The notes beneath the pieces were generated by a model. The model searched no databases, was not told the DNA's origin, and saw only the letters and a program-made list of their open reading frames with translations. A program made the translations under genes and the position numbers. A stretch of DNA of 64,000 nucleotides from Octopus sinensis (taxonomy: Eukaryota): assembly GCF_006345805.1 (NCBI RefSeq), contig NC_043003.1, forward strand, positions 23,746,001 through 23,810,000, written 5' to 3'. Shown here piece after piece: positions 54,270 to 64,000 of this stretch (the first letter of the stretch is position 1; the number at the start of each line of letters is the position of its first letter).

Positions 54270-54600
54270 GCTTAAAAAGGTCAATAAAATAAGTACCAGT
54301 TAAACACTGGGGTCGATGTAATCGACTCATCCCTTCTCCCAAAATGACGAATGTTGTGGCAAAATTTGAAACCATTACTATTATGATTATTAAGACGGTG
54401 AGCTGGCAAAATCGCTGCAGCGCCGAGCAAAATTCTTAGCGGTATTTCGCCCGTCCCTGCGTTGTGAGCTCAAATTCCGCCGTGAGCGACTTTGCCTTTC
54501 ACCGTTTCGAGGAGCGATAAGTCAAGTACTAGTGAAACACTGGGGTGGGTATAATCGACTCATGCCCACCTCCATCAAGCTACCCTTGAGGCAAAACCTT
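54270..54600 (+). mobile_element. SINE family E: a 3' fragment plus a second copy
   Basis: taagtaccagt..cactggggtcgat, and the head ggtgagctggcaaaatc at about 54397. Confidence 0.8.
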
Positions 54601-54638
54601 GAAATAATAATAATAATAATAATAATAATATAATAATA

Positions 54639-54688
<50 letters not shown>

Positions 54689-54770
54689 CATATTATTATT
54701 ATTATTGTTATTGTTAATATAAGTAGTAGTAGTAGTAGTAGTGGCAGCAGCAGCAGCAACAGTAGTAGTG

Positions 54771-54828
<58 letters not shown>

Positions 54829-55024
54829 AAGCAGCAGCATTTGTAGCAGCAGCAGGAGCTGTAACATGAACATGGCGAGCAGGCAGAATCGCTACACGCC
54901 GGACAAAATGCTGAGGTTAAGCTGCTTTTGGTCCTCATTTCAAACACTACTCCTATAAGCTTGCACTCATATTGCTACGAGGTTGACAAAATTAAGTTCC
55001 GTTCGAATAATTTGGACGAAACTC

Positions 55025-55094
55025 ACACGACAAAGTTGTTCCGCTGGCACGATATATATGTATATATATACATATATATATATATATGTATATA

Positions 55095-55167
<73 letters not shown>

Positions 55168-55237
55168 TATATATAATATATATATATATTATATATATAT
55201 ATATTTCATAGAGTCGTGCCAGCGGAACAACTTTGTC

Positions 55238-55241
<4 letters not shown>
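55025..55241. mobile_element. MITE with perfect 28-bp TIRs around an (AT)n interior
   Basis: acacgacaaagttgttccgctggcacga at 55025-55052 and its exact reverse complement at 55214-55241. Confidence 0.85.
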
Positions 55242-55288
<47 letters not shown>

Positions 55289-55384
55289 GTGAAATAGAAA
55301 GATGAATAATCTTGTAGTAGATTAATCAAAAGTTTAACCGATACCTTGGTAGCAAAAATCACAGCAATTCACCAATAATATTTT

Positions 55385-55565
55385 ATATATATATATATGT
55401 ATATATATGCATACATATATATCCTATAAAGGATGATGTTACTATATATATATGTGTGTGTATATATATGCATACATATATATCCTATAAAGGATGATGT
55501 TACTATATATATATGTGTGTGTATATATATGCATACATATATATCCTATAAAGGATGATGTTACT
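55385..55565. repeat. 61-bp tandem repeat, three copies
   Basis: cctataaaggatgatgttac recurs at 55423, 55484 and 55545. Confidence 0.93.
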
Positions 55566-56116
55566 ATTGTTATAGTCCCCGGAAAATATCTTTTCAAGCT
55601 GGCTATCGACAGGCAGTTTGGTTCCGCATAGCATTCGCTTCGCTCTTGGGGATTACGTGATACACACAGACCCGGGTTTCTAGGTGGTTAACTGTCCTCA
55701 GTGTGAGACAATCACTAGTTAGTGACAAAGAAAAAAAACCTTTCTGCACTCGCAGATGTTATATATGTCTGAGGCGTCACATAGTTGCTGATCTCGTGTA
55801 GAGAAAACAACTTGTTTTAAATCTCTGAGTGAGAGATACATTGTAAGAGTATCAAATGGTAATGTTTATATGCCAACAGAAGGACGATGCTGTTGTTGGT
55901 ATGGCCCAAGGAAAACAGCTTTCCCGGCTGGCTGTCACACGCTACACACCTTCCTTCCAAGCACTGCCTCAAACTGCGGAACCGCGGTAGAATTTTAAAA
56001 CTGAGTGTGCGTGCAGAGCAGAGTTTAGTGTCAATCTTTATCAAGCAGCTTCACTCTGCATGAATTGGCTTCGTTACTATAGCAACATTCCCGATACTTA
56101 GTGACCATACGCCGTA

Positions 56117-56254
<138 letters not shown>

Positions 56255-56681
56255 TATATATATATATATATATAATATATATATATATATGCATACAACT
56301 CAGCACAGACTTACAAACCAGTTAATAACTGTATACACACACGCAAGCACACTTCAATAGCCAGTTATCTAGTACGTGTCTATTTATATAAGATAAATGT
56401 ATGTAAAATGCACTGCACTCTGTGCAATATTAATTCCATCATGAGAGTTTGTAGTTTCAGCTGTTGTACACCTAAATGATAGGCTAAAATGATTAGCAGC
56501 ATTGCACTTAAAGAAGTGCAGAATGTCAATAATGCAACTGGCAATATTACTTACAAATGGAATAGCATCAATAATGCATTTAGTGTTAAGTACATTATAA
56601 AAGAACGACAGTGAGCAACATCGTATCTGAATAATAATAGTAGGAATAATAATAATAATAATAGTAATAATAATAATAATA

Positions 56682-56732
<51 letters not shown>

Positions 56733-59696
56733 TGATGATAATGACGACGACGAAGATGACGATGCTAATATCTGAATTATACATTTTCTTTTCGGATTTT
56801 CTTCTTATTAACTGAGATGTAGTTAGTCGATTGATGACTCAATCGATCTCCGAAATATGGATTTTCTTGGCACGCCTCAAGAATTCAGATCTATTGTGAA
56901 TGTGAGATACCTCAAAGACATAGCCTTTGTGTCTAGCATAATATTTATATCTGTGAACTCATTTCAAACTGGCCCTCAGAAATTGTACTGAATAGTAATG
57001 CAAACAATTATATCTTTCCGTGCATTAAACATCAAACTGCTGTTATTTTCCTTCTGAGGCACAATATTTGTATACTTTGAGAAAAAGATGAATATGTAGT
57101 TATAGGTCTCAATGATTAAAAGTGAGTTGCATTTGTAATGGAAAAGAAATAACTGCAAATATAAAGGTGTATACTTTATAAATTTCCTTTCCATGAATTT
57201 ACCATTTACTGTATAATGATACAGTACTCGTCTATGGTTCTCTTGTAGTTTACTAGCAGTTTAATAACAAATGTCATTATAATTTCACGGTAGGGTTTGT
57301 TCAAGTAGATTGCAATGTAATAGAACATCATTTTATTGCGCCCACACGCTGGCATACACGTATGTACAAATTATAGTCAATTTTTTAATTATAAAATTTT
57401 ATACAATACTCGTATGCTTCTTTTCGACATAGGTCGCATTTCCACTAAAACTTAAAACGGTTAGACCCGAACAGAAAATCGTCCGGCAATTGCCATTTGA
57501 ATAGAAACTTTGTTTTCACTATAAAACATATATTGCTAGGTTTGTACCACCTCCTTGAGACCCAGCTGAACTCCAGCTGGAAAATATAGAATACCTCATA
57601 AGTAATATAAACGTCCTAAATTCAGTGGCGGCGTTAATGAAGATGTCACGTGTTAATTTATTTTTATTAATTTATATCGAACTATACATAAATAATTAAT
57701 TCCTATCGAACTATACATAAATATATACAAGAGCTACACAGATATAAGAGTTAGAACTTGTGATCCGCCGAATGCCTTCTTTCATTTTGGAAATTTTTGC
57801 CCGCCGCACTAAAATGTTTCCCTACCCCTGTAATAGAAGTTTGTATCCAACCTTCCTTCTTTTCACTATATCAGTATTGCTTTCCAGATTTGCATGAACA
57901 AAAATCCTTTCCATTTGCGTTATACGAAAACGATAAGATTGTATTCTTTGTAAAACTGTCACTGTTTGGCAGATTCATATGTGCTTAAGAAGGTTATTGG
58001 ACAGAGATGACATGTATCTAGCTATTTCTGATTGTCAACAGCAGTTGTAAGAAATAGAGTAAAGGTCGAATGAGGCTGCAACATTTTCGTGAGATAGACG
58101 TCGAAGTGTGCTGGCGAGTTAATACTTGCCACCCTTTTTGTATACCGCCTAGAACGTGTGCTTGTGTAGAAATACTAACATAGAAATATAACAAATATGG
58201 GGTAGTCTTGGCTGAAATGATATGACTAATGAATCAGGGTTAACGTCAACGAAACAACAGCGTAGCTGTTATTCCGATATGGAATATCGATGAGTGAAGA
58301 TTATTAATTTCATAAATCATAAATCATTGCTTCTAAATACGAGCGCTTACTTCGATTTAAGCGAAAAGCGTAAAGCGCGAAAAATCTCATACTGTTTTTA
58401 ATCACTGTGTTTAGCGGGAAAGAAATCATTATAAATGTATATTTGTATCTGTTACATGTTACATGTTAATATTTCAGTATTTTCTGAAAAACAAATTAAC
58501 TATCACGGGTCTAGAATTAACTGTCAATGAGCTAATTCTTTCAACCTGTGCTGATTCCTTTTAATTATGCTATCAATGCCTTTAGAAATTAATAGGACAT
58601 TAACCTGACGATGGCAATAAACTGCTCAAGAATGACAAATAAATTCGTGAAGCCTTCCATTTGTTTTCTGTCATGTGGTTTCGAGGTTACAAATTGTCCT
58701 TCATACTGTTGGTTCGTGTTCGATTCAAGGTATAAGAACGTTAATAATACCTAAAGGCAGAGACCCAGCATATTTTCAGCTGGGAGGAAGAAATGTGTAA
58801 AGGAGCAAAAAATAAAAATGATAAAAATATTACTTACCAGTTCTTTACTTTGCCCAGTTTAAAGAAAAATCATATCTTCCGATATATTGCCAAAGGTGTT
58901 AAAGCAAGTTGGAGCAAATATATTTTTGATACAACCCGATAGTTTTATATCACTTTAAATTCATTTCAGTTATTTACTCGCTCAGCATATTTAACAAAGC
59001 CATGAAGGCTCCAACAATATTCAATATCCGATTCCTACAAAATTTAGGGCTAATTTTGCCATAGTGTTATTTTATCATGCACTAACATGCTTTGTAGAGC
59101 AGAAAATAAAGTAAATTGCATAGCTAGACCACGAAACAGATTTGATATCCAATCTAAATCGCTATGGTAGCTAAACCATTTCAACAAAAAATAGAACGGC
59201 TGAATGACTCATTTCCTACATTTCTTTTCTTCCTATACTTAAAAAAAAAGAAAATATCCAATATCTTCTATTAGGTTTGAAGACTCCGTAACGAACACTT
59301 CCTTCACTATTTTATTAATTCTGTCTGTATTCTTTAATTAGATTTCTGTATATAATATATTATCGTGTCACTCCAATAACAAGTCTATGTTCTTAAGAAG
59401 TTTACTTCGTACAAATGTCGCGTTGACATTATGAGAGGTGGTCATCTTCTTTGTTAGCGTAATTTGGTACAGTCAAGTTATTTGAATAATTCATATATGC
59501 AGGCACATATATAGTAAATATATTGTAATGGCATAACCATTCTAGAAAATTACAAATTCATGCGATTATCTCCCTTTCGCAATCGGAGTCGGCTGTAAAT
59601 TCCGTCAACCATTTGTTTACCGTTCTCTGGGCGAACAAGATTTCATTAAATGTTATTTCATCTAATTTATCATAAACATAAAATTTTAGCATGCTT

Positions 59697-59826
59697 CATT
59701 GTCATCATCTTCTTTGGTGTTAACACAAAGTTTCGGCTGATATACTCATATACCTTCTAGACTTCATCAGGTGTCATAGAGAAATTTCGAATCTGGGTTC
59801 TCTTTCCTAAAGTATTTTTTCCGATT

Positions 59827-59865
<39 letters not shown>

Positions 59866-59869
59866 GTAT

Positions 59870-59913
<44 letters not shown>

Positions 59914-59990
59914 TTCAGGTCACTGTCTGGAATCGAACTCAGAATCTTGGGGTTAGTAACCAGCGCTTTTAACCACTATGCCATATGTCC
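59697..59990 (-). mobile_element. Composite tRNA-(ACT/AAT)n-hammerhead SINE, uninterrupted but decayed
   Basis: Minus strand: A-box TGGCATAGTGG, B-box GTTCGATTC, trinucleotide linker, then GACAC-CTGATGA..CAGCC-GAAAC-TTT-GTGTT. Confidence 0.8.
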
Positions 59991-60026
59991 ACACACACAC
60001 TCATAAACACACACACACATACATGC

Positions 60027-60067
<41 letters not shown>

Positions 60068-60071
60068 AACA

Positions 60072-60110
<39 letters not shown>

Positions 60111-61466
60111 TTAATTAATAATAATAATTCAAGGTTTGAATTCATAAATATTTTAATGCATGGCTACGCTTGTTTCCACAAATCGCGTTTTTTGGCGACC
60201 ATAATCCGCACTCCTGGGATGATTACAATAAATTTCTGACATACATGGGTATCAGGTAATTCTTTGTTTATCGGTTATGCTCGAATGTGTGTGTTTGCGT
60301 GGCTGTATATTTGCACACGTACAATGTATATATGCGTGTATGTATGTATGTATTAATGCATGTACAATATCTATGTGGAACAGAAAACACAACAGAATAA
60401 ATAGAAAAATTATTTCATTTCATGCCTGTTTACTTTGAATTTCGTATTTTATAACAACATTAAAATAGCTACCAATGAAGCAATTGCAAGTGATATCCCA
60501 ATATGGCTGTTGTCCAATGACTAAAAACAGTAACTAGAAACAATATCTGTGTTTATAAGCATTATGTTAATATATTGCTTGAGATTCTAATCGTTTTTGC
60601 CCATGTGTTGTTGCCCGCGTTGGTCGATATTCTATTCTATTCAGTCAAACTTCGTGTCTTCCATAGTATCTCATTATAGACTGATATTGATTAGATGAAA
60701 GTCAAGTCCAAAGATATGATAGCAGAGACGTGTATTTAGGTGAATGAATCGATTCCTTTACGTGAAAAACGTTTCTTTGTTTTTTTTCTTTCTTCATTTC
60801 GCAAAGATGAAGGACGTGGTGTGTCTGGGGGGTCTCTGATGTACGATAATGAATTTAAATGTTACTTGGTAATGTTTTGACTACCAAGAAGTGGAACTAC
60901 TTCTAAACAACTATATTAGACACTTGAAAGAATTTACTTATATTACTCTTCTTGGTCAGCTGTGACTTTGATCACACGGAAAACCGTTTAATATAATTAC
61001 TAGTTCCGTAGTGTAGGGTTGGCTTCACCTCCTATATTCTTCTAAATAAATAAATAAAACAAGGAACCTCAAGAACAGCGTTGTGGTTCGCTTGCAGCAT
61101 GGTAGTACAGAACTAGAAAAAATAAGGAGATCAGAAGTAAGGGAAGCTTCTAGCATTGCAAAATGTTTTAAAATTTTTAATATTGCGGGCTCAGAAGAAT
61201 ACAGCCAAAGAAATATGTATTTACGAAGATCCTGCCATTTCAGATAGTTTCCTTATTTCTCAACACTTCTCCACATACAGCGCAACGATGGGACCTATAT
61301 GCGTTACATGGTTCGCGTGATATATCAGCAATGTCACTCTGAAATATTACCCTAACCCTACCGTCTATTTTTCACGGTTTAGGAGGCTGACAAATAGTAA
61401 CACCCGTGGATATCTTAAGGACTTCTACCATGTTTATAACCATACAGAATTATTCCTCCAAGTATA

Positions 61467-61546
<80 letters not shown>

Positions 61547-61548
61547 AA

Positions 61549-61928
61549 GTGGAGGCGCAATAGCCCAGTGGTTAGGGCAGCGGACTCGCGGTCGTAGGAT
61601 CGCGGTTTCGACTCCCAGACCGGATGTTGTGAGTGTTTATTGAGCGAAAACACCTAAAGCTCCACGAGCCTCCGGCAGGGATGGTGGTGATCCCTGCTGT
61701 ACTCTTTCACCACAACTTTCTCTCACTCTTACTTCCTGTTTCTGTTGTACCTGTATTTCAAAGGGCCGGCCTTGTCACTCTCTGTGTCACGCTGAATATC
61801 CCCGGGAACTACGTTAAGGGTCCACGTGTCTGTGGAGTGCTCAGCCACTTGCACGTTAATTTCACGAGCAGGCTGTTCCGTTGATCGGATCAACCGGAAC
61901 CCTCATCGTCGTAACCGACGGAGTGCTT
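61549..61928 (+). mobile_element. SINE family B2 inserted in (CTAT)n
   Basis: tRNA-like head ggcgcaatagcccagtggttagg..gtttcgactccc; collinear with 9314-9662. Confidence 0.92.
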
Positions 61929-61930
61929 CC

Positions 61931-61969
<39 letters not shown>

Positions 61970-63491
61970 AAGCCTGGTACTTATTCTATCGGTCGCTTTT
62001 CAAGAACTGCTAAAGACCAGGTAGTAAATCGAGTTGCATTTAGAATTTAGAAAATGATGTACACATTAGGTAATGTAGCATAGTTACACAAATGTCTAAA
62101 ACTAAAATTGGGGTGCTTATGGATGGAATGCCTTGATACTTAATCTGTTCAGTCAGAACACAAGCGCCTCAGGAACCACTTGTTCCCTTACAATGCACTA
62201 TTCAAGCCTTTTCTTCATATACTATATTTAATGGAGTCAGTGACCGTACACCTTCCTGCCCAGTTCTGATGACGCATTATTTTTCATGTGAAAGACAGAG
62301 CTGTGGTTTCGTATTTTCTTGTTTTCGCGAACTTAATCTTGAAACAACGGTCTATTTAACTATCTGAGAGAGGGGACAAATTTACACAACATCACAGCAT
62401 GCCTATTCATGAGATGGCCCGTGACAAATGTGTAAGGCGGTAGCCCTATTCCATAACAGACTCCTCGTCAAGCGCTCCCAGTTACGGGTCAAATAGCAGA
62501 GGTTCCTGTGGTTAAAGGATGCACTGGGCTAAATCAAACCAAGAAGTATTGTCAACTACATATACCTCAATGACACTGAACGCCTGTGCTGAAGCCTCAT
62601 TTTCAGAAGTTTACTGTCGTACTCCTTGCTTTGTAAAATTTCTTCAGTTTTGCTTCTTTTTGTTTTTGATTTTTTTTGTTTTGTTTTGCTTGATTTGCAA
62701 TATTAATTTTAATAAAATAAATAATTATTTGTATAGCAATCAAGTAAGATTCAAATAAACGGGGATTTGTATTGCAATGGTGTAATTGCTTTTCATAATT
62801 AACCTTGTATAATGGCTACATTGTATTGAATTAAATTGCGTAGGGCTCAGTTGGATATCGATACTCCGTAACGATTCGGTTTTGATGGATATTGTTTTCG
62901 ATTTGTACCGAAATAGTCGATGAAATAAACAAATAATAGTTAACAACTTGTTGCCTGAAAAGTGCTATAAAATTATAGTCATCTGCTCAAATTTGTCAGT
63001 ACACTAAATATACTTTATATTTTCCGATCGTTAAGCACTGGAGTTGGTTAAGGTAACAGTCGTAGAGTAGAAAAGAAACCGATAAAACATAGATGAGATT
63101 CTGATAAAGGATAACGCAGTTAAATTTAAATCGAAATGTTAACGATTGTACTCAAAAGTTACGGAATAACAACGACGACAAATTTAGCTACTACTATAAA
63201 ATATTAAACCAATGAAAATATCTAAGGGCTACGGCAGAATTTCTGCTCTCTTGACATAAACGATATTATGGTATTGGAACTGCAAACATTGAGATTTCAT
63301 TCTGAATGAATTTTGATCCAAAAATCAATTCCTATTCCATTATGACTGGATTAACGTTGCGTTTTCTATTTCAAAGAATCCATTTAAATATTTGGCGAAT
63401 ATTCACCGACGGCTATTGAAAGAATATAAGAAAACTCCAAAGAGATTCAGTTCAAAACGTAATAAGATTTCGAATCCATATTTCCCCATTG

Positions 63492-63564
<73 letters not shown>

Positions 63565-63603
63565 CTTACATATCACATATATGTGTGTGTGTATACATAT
63601 ACA

Positions 63604-63634
<31 letters not shown>

Positions 63635-63636
63635 TA

Positions 63637-63686
<50 letters not shown>

Positions 63687-64000
63687 ATATATATACATAT
63701 ATATATATATGTATGTATATATATACATATATATATGTGTGTAGAGATATACATATACTTATATATATATATATACTAGTATACATATATATAGATATAT
63801 ATGCATATAAATACGTGCAGATATATATTGTGTGGTTTGTGTGTGTGTGCGTGCCTGTTTGTGCTTGTGTTTGTGAGTGTGAATGAGTGCGTATTTTGGA
63901 ATGAATATAATTCTTAACATTCTTATCGTCCTTATTGATATGTATACTTATACATCTGGATACACACAAAAATATACATACACAGATACATACACGCACA

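Noticed and set aside
58600-58715. CTGACGA and reverse-strand GAAAC fragments
   Set aside because: They cannot be assembled into a full core on one strand.
59913-59990. tRNA-Ser(ACT)-like gene
   Set aside because: The acceptor stem is poor and it is followed by a microsatellite linker; it is a SINE head, and no genuine tRNA gene is supported in the window.
61351-61362. Telomeric (CCCTAA)2
   Set aside because: Two units are expected by chance.

Overview
AT-rich, microsatellite-saturated animal genomic DNA. The SINE families and repeat landscape look like a coleoid cephalopod, probably Octopus (inference from pattern recognition, not a search). No host protein-coding gene can be supported; most ORFs in the track are translated microsatellites. 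Contents: two copies of a CR1-like LINE in opposite orientation (4.2-5.9 kb and 46.1-48.3 kb); a decayed mariner and several Tc1/mariner MITEs; three Penelope-like (PLE) GIY-YIG or RT relics; two Helentron/DINE-like elements; an orphan gag-like ORF1; about 25 tRNA-derived SINE copies; and a 1036-bp near-complete palindrome with a 9-bp TSD. The most notable signal is a set of type I hammerhead ribozyme motifs in small non-autonomous repeats. One of these repeats is a composite of tRNA head, (AAT)n linker and hammerhead tail, seen twice in full and once truncated. All folds and alignments were done by eye and need computational confirmation.
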